IMG/VR virus record: IMGVR_UViG_3300025840_000013
Direction: 5' to 3' (one strand)
DNA: 64,000 nt
From: a virus
Shown here: one piece after another, positions 47,312 through 56,571 of the stretch
Layout of the letters: every line of letters begins with the position of its first letter
Numbering within the stretch: the first letter of the stretch is position 1
The notes under the pieces: generated by a model
What the model was told of the DNA's origin: nothing
Database searches by the model: none
What the model saw: the letters and a program-made list of their open reading frames with translations, nothing else
Position numbers and translations under genes: made by a program

Positions 47312-48028
47312 GTGAGTAGAAAAGCTAGAAAGACAAAATCAAACAGTAATAGTAGATTAATAGGGATAGATACACGAACACATCTTAAAAAAATTACACC
47401 AATAACGCCAGCACAAGAAGAAGTGTTTGATGCCTTTTATGAAGACCATTTGTTTCTTCATGGAGTTGCAGGGACAGGAAAGACATACATCTCTTTGTAC
47501 CTTGCACTAGATGAATTAATGAATAAATCTTCTAGTTATAGAGATATACAAATTATCAGAAGTGTTGTTCCGACAAGGGATATGGGGTTTCTGCCCGGCT
47601 CGGAAAAACAAAAACTTCAATCATACGAAACCCCATATAGAACCATAGTAAACGAATTATTTGAATGCGGCAGTGCATACGAAAGTTTACGAAAAACTTC
47701 CCTCATAAATTTTAACTCGACATCTTATATAAGAGGCATGACCTTTTATGATAGTATTATTATTGTAGATGAATGCCAGAACATGAATTTTCATGAACTG
47801 GATTCTGTCATAACTAGAATAGGAGACAACTGTAAAATAATTTTCTGTGGAGACTTTAGACAGTCAGACTTTAAATGGAAAGATGAAAAAGATGGAATAC
47901 TTGACTTTATGAAAATCATAAAAAGTATGGATCGTTTTTCTTTCATTGAGTTTATGCAACAAGATATTGTCAGAAGTCCTTTGGTAAAGTCCTATATAAT
48001 TAATAAATTAGAATTGGGTTTTGCCTAA
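47312..48028 (+). CDS. phoH: PhoH-like ATPase
   Basis: GVAGTGKT, RSVVPTRDMGFLPG, YIRGMTF, VDECQN, CGDFRQSD, DIVRS. Confidence 0.92.
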   Translation: MSRKARKTKSNSNSRLIGIDTRTHLKKITPITPAQEEVFDAFYEDHLFLHGVAGTGKTYISLYLALDELMNKSSSYRDIQIIRSVVPTRDMGFLPGSEKQKLQSYETPYRTIVNELFECGSAYESLRKTSLINFNSTSYIRGMTFYDSIIIVDECQNMNFHELDSVITRIGDNCKIIFCGDFRQSDFKWKDEKDGILDFMKIIKSMDRFSFIEFMQQDIVRSPLVKSYIINKLELGFA

Positions 48029-48041
48029 AAGGAGGCCTCAA

Positions 48042-48383
48042 ATGGAAAACATAATCGAAGCTAAAGATATTTTTTCTGCTAAAGTAAAATCTAAAAGTAA
48101 CAACTTAGAGGATATAAAGTCATTTATTAATTTAGGTGGTATGGATGAAGATTATGATGTATCTATTGGGACTACAAATGAACTCCTTGATGAATTTGTT
48201 TACATTATGACAGAGGAGTATGGTTTTGACTTAAGTAATAAGGCCCTTGTTGATGATTTGAGTTTTATGGGAATTGTATTGCAGGCCATTATGGACAGAC
48301 ATTATGGAATTGAAAATGCTCTAATACAGAATATTGACGAAGCGATAGAAGAACTTAAAACAAGACAAGAAGAAATATCGTAA
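48042..48383 (+). CDS. Acidic hypothetical protein
   Basis: AGGAGG RBS before ATG 48042. Confidence 0.6.
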   Translation: MENIIEAKDIFSAKVKSKSNNLEDIKSFINLGGMDEDYDVSIGTTNELLDEFVYIMTEEYGFDLSNKALVDDLSFMGIVLQAIMDRHYGIENALIQNIDEAIEELKTRQEEIS

Positions 48384-48390
48384 AAACTGC

Positions 48391-48419
48391 TTGACATGTC
48401 GAAGGATATTTGATATAAT
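48391..48419 (+). promoter_or_regulatory. Consensus sigma70 promoter TTGACA-N17-TATAAT with TG extension
   Basis: perfect match. Confidence 0.85.
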
Positions 48420-48441
48420 GTAGTCAACTTTGGAGTAATTT

Positions 48442-49110
48442 ATGTTTAATCATGTTCAATTGGATTTGCCTGAATTTTCACTGAGAAGTGAAACCCTTAA
48501 GTCTGGTACTAGATATTACTATGACGAAGATGGCAACAAATATCCTTCGATAACAACTGTCATATCACATTTTTCTAAGAAGTCCATAATGGAGTGGAGA
48601 AACCGTGTAGGCGAAAAAGAAGCTAATAGAATCACTACTCAGGCCGCAAGAAGAGGAACTTCTGTGCATCAGTTGTGTGAAGATTATATAAATAACATAG
48701 AAATAGATTATAGTAAACTCATGCCGAATGATACAGAGATGTTTCTAACATTGAAAGAAACTCTTGATACTAGATTAGATGATGTATATGTTCAAGAGTG
48801 GCCAATGTATTCTGGACATCTAGGAATTGCGGGAAAATGTGATTGTATTGCATATTTTGATGGTAAACTTTCTATTATTGATTTTAAAACATCAAGAAAG
48901 TCAATGCATCCAAATAAACTGGAGAACTACTTCAGACAAGCATCTGGTTATGCTGTTATGTTTGAAGAGAGGACAAAAATTCCTATAAATAATCTAGTAA
49001 TCATTGCGGCCATTGATGACCAAAAAGATGCGGAAGTTTATACTTCTAAACGTGATAGTCATATCAATGGATTGATAGAAATGATAACAGAATATAAAGC
49101 ACAATTGTAG
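48442..49110 (+). CDS. PD-(D/E)XK exonuclease (Cas4-like phage exonuclease)
   Basis: YPSITTV, RGTSVH, AGKCDCIA, IIDFKTS, QASGYA. Confidence 0.85.
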   Translation: MFNHVQLDLPEFSLRSETLKSGTRYYYDEDGNKYPSITTVISHFSKKSIMEWRNRVGEKEANRITTQAARRGTSVHQLCEDYINNIEIDYSKLMPNDTEMFLTLKETLDTRLDDVYVQEWPMYSGHLGIAGKCDCIAYFDGKLSIIDFKTSRKSMHPNKLENYFRQASGYAVMFEERTKIPINNLVIIAAIDDQKDAEVYTSKRDSHINGLIEMITEYKAQL

Positions 49111-49122
49111 GAAATAAAAAAC

Positions 49123-49914
49123 ATGGTTCAATATCTAAAAAGTAGTGCAAGAAGATATGTAGGAGTCCCAGACTATTTGGGAGTGATGTATGATTACAAC
49201 ACAAGAACAAGGGCGGGACATTTGTTTGTCGGCGGTTTTAAAAGAAAGCCTGGCATTCGATCTAGTGATATTGTACTATTTGATGGAAACATTCTTTTGC
49301 CTGCTACTAACAATTACAGAGAAAAAATCTTTCGAGTAAACCCCGCTACTACTATCAAATTTGAATATGAAAAAACAAATACTTTAGATCGAGTTCAATG
49401 TGGTATCATTCCACTTGATGAACCAGAGATTGGTGAAAGTATTAGTAACGCAAACAATTCTACCCACATTTATCAAAACAATACAGCACAAGAACAATCT
49501 ATAAAAATATATTCTAATTATAAAGCATCAGTAGATTCTAAGTTGAGATTCAGAATTACAGAAGTAATCTCTGATAATACTCCTGTTCGTAGTACGGAAC
49601 TTTATACTAAAGGAGATTTATGTCCAGGCGCTCCACTTGGATGGCAAAGAATTTTAAGATGGGATATAGATAAGATTCCAACCGTAGGATTTTCTTTGTC
49701 TGTGGGTAAGGAACTTGGCGAGAATGAGTTTATTTTCAGAGACTTTATAAATTCACAAAACAGTTATTTTAAAGTTCTGCCCAATTATTTTTCAAAGCAG
49801 GGGTCTAAGGTAGACTGCAGGGCGGATATTACTTTCGAAACGGAAGATGTAAGTGCTATGAATTTAGACCCAGTGGCACAAGTTGAAATCACAAGTATTA
49901 TAGGGAGAATGTAA
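49123..49914 (+). CDS. Hypothetical protein
   Basis: 263 aa ORF with RBS. Confidence 0.6.
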   Translation: MVQYLKSSARRYVGVPDYLGVMYDYNTRTRAGHLFVGGFKRKPGIRSSDIVLFDGNILLPATNNYREKIFRVNPATTIKFEYEKTNTLDRVQCGIIPLDEPEIGESISNANNSTHIYQNNTAQEQSIKIYSNYKASVDSKLRFRITEVISDNTPVRSTELYTKGDLCPGAPLGWQRILRWDIDKIPTVGFSLSVGKELGENEFIFRDFINSQNSYFKVLPNYFSKQGSKVDCRADITFETEDVSAMNLDPVAQVEITSIIGRM

Positions 49915-49915
49915 T

Positions 49916-50077
49916 ATGGTAAATTGGATCAAAGCTAGATTAACAGAAAGAACATCATGGGATGGTGGCGCACTTATTGCGATGGGTGTTGTTGCACTAC
50001 TCTTTGATGGTTTAATTACATGGGCTGCATATGCAGCGATTGTTTATGGTCTTTGGACTATCTGGAAATCAGAATAA
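49916..50077 (+). CDS. Small 2-TM protein (53 aa, possible holin), not in ORF track
   Basis: GGAG RBS; MVNWIKARLTERTSWDGG... Confidence 0.55.
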   Translation: MVNWIKARLTERTSWDGGALIAMGVVALLFDGLITWAAYAAIVYGLWTIWKSE

Positions 50078-50145
50078 ACTATTGACAAAACGTGTGTTAT
50101 AGCGTATTATACGCTGTAACACATATCTAAGGAGAATTTATTATA

Positions 50146-50370
50146 ATGTTGAAACTTAAGAGTTCAAAAGAATTTAGTGATGAGATAGAAAAACAAGTTT
50201 CTAAATTAAACAGTACATATATTGATACAATCACATACTATTGCGAGAAGAATAATTTAGAAATAGAAAATGTAGTTTCTCTTTTGAGTCCTTTCATAAA
50301 AGAAAAAATCAAGTACGAGGCTGAAGGACTGAACATGGTTCAGAAGTCTACGGAAAAATTGCCTCTATGA
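50146..50370 (+). CDS. 33: Late transcription coactivator gp33
   Basis: FSDEIE...YIDTI..YCE.NNLEIE...IKEKIKYEA; position before gene 59. Confidence 0.85.
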   Translation: MLKLKSSKEFSDEIEKQVSKLNSTYIDTITYYCEKNNLEIENVVSLLSPFIKEKIKYEAEGLNMVQKSTEKLPL

Positions 50371-51062
50371 TTACTATGTCTGGTAAGAAGATAGATGACT
50401 TTGAGGCGTTTAAAATTTACCTTGCAATGAAAAGTCATTTTAATAGTGAGTATGATTTTATAAAGTATAAAGGAAAAGTTTCTCCGAAGAAAGAGACATA
50501 TTATGGTAGGAGAGATAGAAGAACTTTTGAAGAACTTTCAAGAAGGTTTGATAAAAAAAGTTTAGAAGAGTTTCTGCTCGCATTATTCTTGAATGTGACA
50601 GAAAATGGTAATCTTGCAATTTCTCGTAATGAGTTTATGTGGACAGGAAATCTTTTAGATAAAGAATCTTACGATACATATAAAAATTGGAAGAAAAGAA
50701 TTCAAAGTATAAAGTATACTTTTACTAATGATTGTCATGTATTGTTTACAAGGGCGTCTGAGGAAAATATAGAGTTTAATTCCATATTTAAATCTATTGA
50801 CAATGACTACCCATTTATTGTATTCTTAGAAAAACGTGGAGAACTTTCATTAGAAACGTTAATTATCTTTGAAAAGATTTTTGCTTTCATAGATAAGGTC
50901 AAAATAAACGATACAACTTATTGGCCTATATACACTAAGAAAGTAAAAGACTATATGTCTTTCTTAGACATAGATGTTAATTATTATGTTAATGTTCTTA
51001 GGGACATATTGATTGATGATTATTATGAAGATTATGGTCAATTAATTAAAAAAACTAGTTGA
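50367..51062 (+). CDS. 59: Helicase loader gp59
   Basis: YLAMKSHF...YDFIKYKGK, RRDRRTF, SLETLII; between 33 and 32. Confidence 0.85.
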   Translation: MITMSGKKIDDFEAFKIYLAMKSHFNSEYDFIKYKGKVSPKKETYYGRRDRRTFEELSRRFDKKSLEEFLLALFLNVTENGNLAISRNEFMWTGNLLDKESYDTYKNWKKRIQSIKYTFTNDCHVLFTRASEENIEFNSIFKSIDNDYPFIVFLEKRGELSLETLIIFEKIFAFIDKVKINDTTYWPIYTKKVKDYMSFLDIDVNYYVNVLRDILIDDYYEDYGQLIKKTS

Positions 51063-51130
51063 CAACCTTTGGATAATATAGTATATTAGTAAAAATACAA
51101 AACGCATATAACGTATAAAGGAGAAAAATT

Positions 51131-52039
51131 ATGTCTTTTGCAAACCTTAAAAAAGGTCGCTCTAACTTTGCTCGCCTTGCGGAAGAGTTGGAAAAAACCC
51201 AATCCCCACAACAAACCACATCAAATATCGATGATCGATTTTGGAAACCAACTATTGGTAAGGATGGTAACAGTTATGCTGTAATTCGTTTCCTTCCCCC
51301 TGCAGATGGTGAAGATATTCCTTGGGTTCGTGTGTTTAATCATGGTTTTAAAGGCCCAGGCGGTTGGTTGATTGATAACTGTCTTACTACAATCAACAAA
51401 CAGTGTCCTGTTTGTGAGTCTAATACTGAACTATGGAATACTGGTTCACAAGACAATCAAAACCTTGCCCGTGATCGTAAACGTAAACTTAAGTTCCTTT
51501 CGAACATTTATGTTGTAAAAGATCCTGCAAACCCAGATAATGAAGGAAAAGTTTTTCTTTACTCATACGGTAAGAAAATCTTTGACAAGTTGAACGAGGC
51601 AATGAATCCTCATTTCGAAGATGAAGCTCGTTACAACCCATTTGATTTTTGGGATGGTGCAAACTTCAAACTGAAGTATCGTACTGTTGACGGTTATGGT
51701 AACTATGACAAGTCTGAATTCGATTCACAGGCAGCGCTTGCAGATGATGATTCGGAATTGGAAACAATCTATAACCAACTATATTCATTGCAAGAGTTTG
51801 TAAGTGAAGAGAAGTTCAAGTCTTATGAACAACTCAAGGAACGCCTTGATCGTGTTCTTGGACTTCAACAGTCTGCAGTTTCAGTAGAAACAGATTTTGT
51901 TTCTGATGATTCTTCATACTACGCTGAACCTACTCAGACTAAATCTGCGCCTGCGCCAGAACCAAAGTCTGTGTCTTATAATGAAGATGAGGAAGATGAT
52001 TCAATCTCTTACTTTGAACGTCTTGCGGATGAAAGTTAG
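51131..52039 (+). CDS. 32: Single-stranded DNA-binding protein gp32
   Basis: DDRFWKP, AVIRFLP, CLTT...CPVCE, GKKIFDK, PFDFWDGANFKLK, acidic tail; promoter TTGACA(51059)-N17-TATATT. Confidence 0.95.
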   Translation: MSFANLKKGRSNFARLAEELEKTQSPQQTTSNIDDRFWKPTIGKDGNSYAVIRFLPPADGEDIPWVRVFNHGFKGPGGWLIDNCLTTINKQCPVCESNTELWNTGSQDNQNLARDRKRKLKFLSNIYVVKDPANPDNEGKVFLYSYGKKIFDKLNEAMNPHFEDEARYNPFDFWDGANFKLKYRTVDGYGNYDKSEFDSQAALADDDSELETIYNQLYSLQEFVSEEKFKSYEQLKERLDRVLGLQQSAVSVETDFVSDDSSYYAEPTQTKSAPAPEPKSVSYNEDEEDDSISYFERLADES

Positions 52040-52158
52040 ACAGTTGGTGGCACTGAAGTGTTAGTGTAAGACACGACACAGAGTCCATACAGGTAATAGA
52101 AGGTATACAACACACTCGACCGCCATCTATTATCGCATATAAAGAACTGAGTGTGGGG

Positions 52159-52190
52159 AAAGGGCAGGGAGAAATCCTTGCCCTTTTTTT
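52159..52190 (+). terminator. Rho-independent terminator
   Basis: AAAGGGCAGGGA-GAAA-TCCTTGCCCTTT followed by Ts. Confidence 0.85.
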
Positions 52191-52316
52191 GTCTTAGGTA
52201 TGTTCACATTGCATATCGAAATTGCGAAAATTATATGACAATTTTCTGCACTTGCGAAATAAATATTAATGTCAGAATCACTGACATTTCACACATATCA
52301 TACACAGGAGAATAAA

Positions 52317-52418
52317 ATGAGTGTCGAAGAAATTATTAAGAGTTTGAGTGTTCTTACAGTATCACTTACTATTGTGGCTGCAGTTATGTTTATGTCTATC
52401 TTTCCGTATGTTAATTAA
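52317..52418 (+). CDS. 33 aa single-TM peptide, not in ORF track
   Basis: AGGAG RBS. Confidence 0.5.
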   Translation: MSVEEIIKSLSVLTVSLTIVAAVMFMSIFPYVN

Positions 52419-52429
52419 CGGAGAATTAG

Positions 52430-52645
52430 ATGACACAATTAGTATTAACAGCATCAGAATGGTTAAACATTACCCCATTTGTAGATTTTATTCGTGATTT
52501 ACAAAAAAGAATGAAATTGAGAAAACTTCAAAAAGAAACTATAAAAGAATTAAGTTCACTATCCGATAAAGATTTAAGTGATATTGGTATTGCAAGATCA
52601 CAGATAAAATCTATTGCAATGGAATTGGATTTAAAAGATGTTTAA
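52430..52645 (+). CDS. DUF1127 (YjiS-like) protein
   Basis: TIKELSSLSDKDLSDIGIARSQI. Confidence 0.85.
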   Translation: MTQLVLTASEWLNITPFVDFIRDLQKRMKLRKLQKETIKELSSLSDKDLSDIGIARSQIKSIAMELDLKDV

Positions 52646-52751
52646 AAGAATTTTAGAAACTTTTGAACGTATTGGAAGAGCAAGAGCCGCACACGTTCTT
52701 GTACAGCAGGGTTTATACGAAGAAGCAAAAAGAGTTATGTGTAGGGACTGA
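52638..52751 (+). CDS. 37 aa protein (IGRARAAHVL..QG.YEEAK), not in ORF track
   Basis: overlaps DUF1127 stop; open frame. Confidence 0.5.
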   Translation: MFKRILETFERIGRARAAHVLVQQGLYEEAKRVMCRD

Positions 52752-52758
52752 AAGGTTC

Positions 52759-55302
52759 CTACCATGCACCTACTAGTGATAATCTAGCATCTCTTACAGC
52801 ACCATCAGTATGTCTTACTTCTGGTTTTTGTTTAGGCATAATTGTCGAATTATTAGTTACATTATTCACAGTGTTTTGTTGTGGTGCATTAATAATATTT
52901 GCGGCCTGTTTCGCATCTGCTGTAGATTTATCCATAGCAGCATTGTCCATCATATTAGACGCTTCTAATTTTTTGTTAGGAACATCACTTGAGAATGATT
53001 GTTGTGCAGAAACACCAGAATCAAAATCCATCATTTCTTGTGCAGATGGATTCGCAAATGCATTTTCTTCTTTTGGAGTGATATTCAATTTGTCCAATTC
53101 AGCTTGTAGTTTTTCTATTTCTGCTGTATCTTCTTCTCTACCTTTAGAATCTCTACCCCAATAAACATTTTCACCACCTTCACTTCTGGTAATTCTGTCT
53201 TTTGCCTCTGCAATTTTTGACTGAAGTTCTGCTTTTTGATCTTCTGGAGAAATCTCTGGTGCGATTGCACCTTCTTCACCATCAAATGCACCCATATCCT
53301 TCGCCATGAGTCCAGCATCAATCGCTGTTGACGCAGCAGTACCAAGGCCTGGTATTATACTAGTAAGTCCAGAAAGTACCTCTAGGCCTGCACCAGAGAA
53401 GTCTCCACCAAATGCTCTTTGAGCACCAAATCCCAATCCTGCAATTAAACCAACGCCAGGGATTTTTTTCAATAAAGATTTCCCAAGTCCCTTACCAGCT
53501 GTTGCGGCGCCCTTTGTGGCGACACTGGCGGCGCCCTTTCCAGTTACTTTAGATGCAAGTCCACTTATTTTCGCACCAACTCCTTTTGCTGGTGCTGTTA
53601 TTTTATCCATTACTGATGGCATTTTTGGGGGTACTGAAATACTTGGCGTTTTTGGAAGTTTGTCGGGTATTGCACTACCAACACCTTTTATTCTATCAGG
53701 CATCGAAGTCATTGTATTTTTTACATTACTCGCAACATTACTTGCAGCGCTTGCTGTTTTCACCGCTCCAGTTGCAGCAAGTCCTGCTACTGCCCCGCCG
53801 CCAAGTTTCAGTGCATTTAATCCAATGTTTTTAATTCCCCCCAATGCACCTCTTGCGACATTCAGTCCACCACCGACTAGACTTCTTGCTCTTCCTGTAA
53901 TTCCAGATCCTGCATTCCTTATTAGATTGCCAAGTCTACCAAATCTACCACCGCTTGCTCTATTTGCTACTGAACCAACTCTTCCTAGACCACCTCTTAC
54001 TGCTCCACCAGCTCTTGAGAATGCACCTCTAATACCGCCTCTTCCTCTAACGTTACCTCGACCTCTTCTACCTCTTCGTCCATCTCCAACGCCGTCTAAT
54101 AGGCCGCCTCCGATTCCACCTAACAATCCGTCTAAAAATCCACCCCCATCACCAGAGATTTCATCTAAGTTTCCAGTGTTTTCTGCAATCTGTTCGAGAA
54201 GTTTAATTTGTTTTTTCTCTAATTCTTGTTCTATTTTTCTTTCTCTATTAGCTTCTCTTTGATTTTCTAAATCTAATGGAGATGGATTGTCAGAAGTATC
54301 CTGCAAGAATTTTAGAAGATTTACTACTTCTTCTAGATATGGACTGTTTTCGCCAAGTTGCTCTTTTACTTCATCCAACTTAGTTGCTGTGATTTGAGAA
54401 ACTTCACTTGGAGTAGATGTTTCATCGGTAGATAAACTTTGAGTATTTTCGGACGGAGATGGTACTGTAATATTTTCTCTATCGTCTGATACTGAGGTTT
54501 CTGGTTGTGGAACAGATACTGGAGATTCTGACATATCAAGTCCATAACTTTTTCTAATGGACTCAATTTCATCTTCTCTTGCCTTGTTTGCGTCTTCTGC
54601 TTCTTTTGCTGTTTTTGCCTGACGAATGATAGCATTTTTCTGTTCGTCAATAACTTCTTGTTCAGTAATACCTCTTGCAAGTGCTTGTGCTGCTACTTCT
54701 TCCGATGTTATATTTGCTCTTGAGATTGCTTCTTCATTTGATATTTGTGTTCTTAAAACAGAAAATTCTTCTTCTTCAATTTTTTTCTGTTCTACAATTC
54801 TTCTTTGTCTCTCTTCTTCCTCTGCCTTATTTGCCTTACTTGTTTCTCTGAATTGTTTAATTCTGTCACCAACAAATGATGCACCAAATGCTAATAGTGG
54901 ACTACCACTCAATGCACCTGTAATAACTCCACCAATTCCACTAATTGAACTTTCTACTGTCTTTGTTGCAAGATCACCAATAGATTTTTTAAATGTAGTG
55001 TTTTGTTTTATACTTTCTTGAGATGCTCTTAATATCTCTTGAAGTGCTTTCTTTTCTTGGTCAGTAACACCCTCTAGTTGTGCCAAATCGGCATCAAGAA
55101 GGTCTATCTTCTTTTTGGTTTCTTTAAATTCTTTTACAGATATACCTTCTTGTTGTCCAAGAATATCAGCAACTTCTGCAAGGGCCTGTCTAGCTGCGGC
55201 TGACTGCAACTGGTCGGTTGCAGTGCTAAATGAAGCAGACAATTCCTCTTGGTTTTGTCTGATAAGTTTTTCTGTTACCGCTTTTAGATCAGGACTTGCC
55301 AT
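52759..55302 (-). CDS. Tape-measure / baseplate hub protein (gp29-like)
   Basis: long helical, Gly/Ala-rich protein with KKIPGVGLIAG segment and NTVNNVTNNST tail; downstream of 26/51. Confidence 0.6.
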   Translation of the reverse strand: MASPDLKAVTEKLIRQNQEELSASFSTATDQLQSAAARQALAEVADILGQQEGISVKEFKETKKKIDLLDADLAQLEGVTDQEKKALQEILRASQESIKQNTTFKKSIGDLATKTVESSISGIGGVITGALSGSPLLAFGASFVGDRIKQFRETSKANKAEEEERQRRIVEQKKIEEEEFSVLRTQISNEEAISRANITSEEVAAQALARGITEQEVIDEQKNAIIRQAKTAKEAEDANKAREDEIESIRKSYGLDMSESPVSVPQPETSVSDDRENITVPSPSENTQSLSTDETSTPSEVSQITATKLDEVKEQLGENSPYLEEVVNLLKFLQDTSDNPSPLDLENQREANRERKIEQELEKKQIKLLEQIAENTGNLDEISGDGGGFLDGLLGGIGGGLLDGVGDGRRGRRGRGNVRGRGGIRGAFSRAGGAVRGGLGRVGSVANRASGGRFGRLGNLIRNAGSGITGRARSLVGGGLNVARGALGGIKNIGLNALKLGGGAVAGLAATGAVKTASAASNVASNVKNTMTSMPDRIKGVGSAIPDKLPKTPSISVPPKMPSVMDKITAPAKGVGAKISGLASKVTGKGAASVATKGAATAGKGLGKSLLKKIPGVGLIAGLGFGAQRAFGGDFSGAGLEVLSGLTSIIPGLGTAASTAIDAGLMAKDMGAFDGEEGAIAPEISPEDQKAELQSKIAEAKDRITRSEGGENVYWGRDSKGREEDTAEIEKLQAELDKLNITPKEENAFANPSAQEMMDFDSGVSAQQSFSSDVPNKKLEASNMMDNAAMDKSTADAKQAANIINAPQQNTVNNVTNNSTIMPKQKPEVRHTDGAVRDARLSLVGAW

Positions 55303-55305
55303 TTA

Positions 55306-55635
55306 TTACTTCTTCTTATCTGAATATGCGTTGCCCGCAAAGAATGCGGCCACAATTGCAGCGACAGAAACGAAGTATGTTGCCGCCATGTCACCCAGAA
55401 TCTTTGATGCTTGATCCAATCCTGCAACTACTGCAATCACTACTGCGAAGGGATAGAGTAACATACCGAATAAAGAGAACCAGGCCATTTGACGCATTGC
55501 ATCTCTGCGAGCGTCAGCATCTTCTAGTTCTTTTCTTTTAAACTCAAGATACATCTTTTCTTCTTCTTTTGAAACCTTTCCATCTCCATTAGTATCGGCG
55601 GGGTGATGTCCAGATGCTTTAATTTCTTCTTCCAT
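55306..55635 (-). CDS. 2-TM protein with EF-hand-like loop (DTNGDGKVSKEE)
   Basis: motif plus two hydrophobic helices. Confidence 0.6.
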   Translation of the reverse strand: MEEEIKASGHHPADTNGDGKVSKEEEKMYLEFKRKELEDADARRDAMRQMAWFSLFGMLLYPFAVVIAVVAGLDQASKILGDMAATYFVSVAAIVAAFFAGNAYSDKKK

Positions 55636-55636
55636 A

Positions 55637-55831
55637 TTAACTCCTCATTGCGTCTTTTCTACGCTTTTCTTCTTCTTTAATATAGTTTATCAAAAGATTT
55701 AAATATATCTCTCTTTCCCACGGTATCATATCTTCTAATTCACTCAAACTATATTTATGGTGCTGCATCAACGCAAAATTATTTCGATACATCGATGCAA
55801 GGGACTCATGATTTAAACTTAGGAAAAAAAA
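55637..55831 (-). CDS. 51: Baseplate hub assembly chaperone gp51 (start unclear; possibly reached by frameshift from gp26)
   Basis: NFALMQHHKYSLSELEDMIPWEREIY. Confidence 0.8.
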   Translation of the reverse strand, partial: FFFLSLNHESLASMYRNNFALMQHHKYSLSELEDMIPWEREIYLNLLINYIKEEEKRRKDAMRS

Positions 55832-56541
55832 TCGGTAATTCCTTTTACTTTCATCGATTTTTTCCATCCACATTTTCTACAAACAATATTTACATCACAC
55901 GCCGTTTCTGGCATTGTATTGAAAAAATTGTTAATAGATTCAAACTGTTGTTGTGTTAAATTCTCAACAAAAGTTTTTAATTCACTTTCTGAATAATCAG
56001 ACGCATTATATACTTCACTTCCATCAACGATCATGTCAATACAAGTAGCTACAACATCAATTACATCATCTACACTATCTGCAGTTAATACAGAATTTAA
56101 GATATTAAAATCTGGATATTTCATAATGATTTTAATATCTGATGTTAGATTCAATTCATTGGTGTGTCCTTCTTGATTTTCAATCTCCGCCTTTTCTAAG
56201 TCTAATGTGAAAGGAATTTGACAGCCCCCCTGCCCTACTCCTTCTTCTTTACAATCTTCCCGATTGTAACTCAAACCAATTACGTTTCCGATAGACTTAC
56301 TTCTAAGTTTGATGAAAATGTGTTCAATATCAAATGTAGAAAGTTTATCAACATCTACATCTGATACTAAACAGTTTCCAATAATTTGTTTTATCGCATC
56401 AATTTTTTCTTGTAGTTCTTCTCCTTCTTGTGCCATCAGAAGAATTTTTTCTTCTTTGACTAAAAATGGACGAAACTTTACACTTTCATTTGTTGATGGT
56501 ATAGTCAAATCATATGTTGGTGCATTAATTGTAGGTAACAT
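55819..56541 (-). CDS. 26: Baseplate hub subunit/chaperone gp26
   Basis: LPTINAPTYDLTIPS, FRPFLVKEEKILL, FDIEHIFIKLRSKSIG, MKYP, FFNTMP, CxxC, GITDFF. Confidence 0.9.
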   Translation of the reverse strand: MLPTINAPTYDLTIPSTNESVKFRPFLVKEEKILLMAQEGEELQEKIDAIKQIIGNCLVSDVDVDKLSTFDIEHIFIKLRSKSIGNVIGLSYNREDCKEEGVGQGGCQIPFTLDLEKAEIENQEGHTNELNLTSDIKIIMKYPDFNILNSVLTADSVDDVIDVVATCIDMIVDGSEVYNASDYSESELKTFVENLTQQQFESINNFFNTMPETACDVNIVCRKCGWKKSMKVKGITDFFS

Positions 56542-56571
56542 ATTTTATCCTCTTCAAGTATAATTTAATTA

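Noticed and set aside
53516-54262. 248 aa Pro-rich plus-strand ORF
   Set aside because: Mirror of the Gly/Arg-rich part of the tape-measure-like gene
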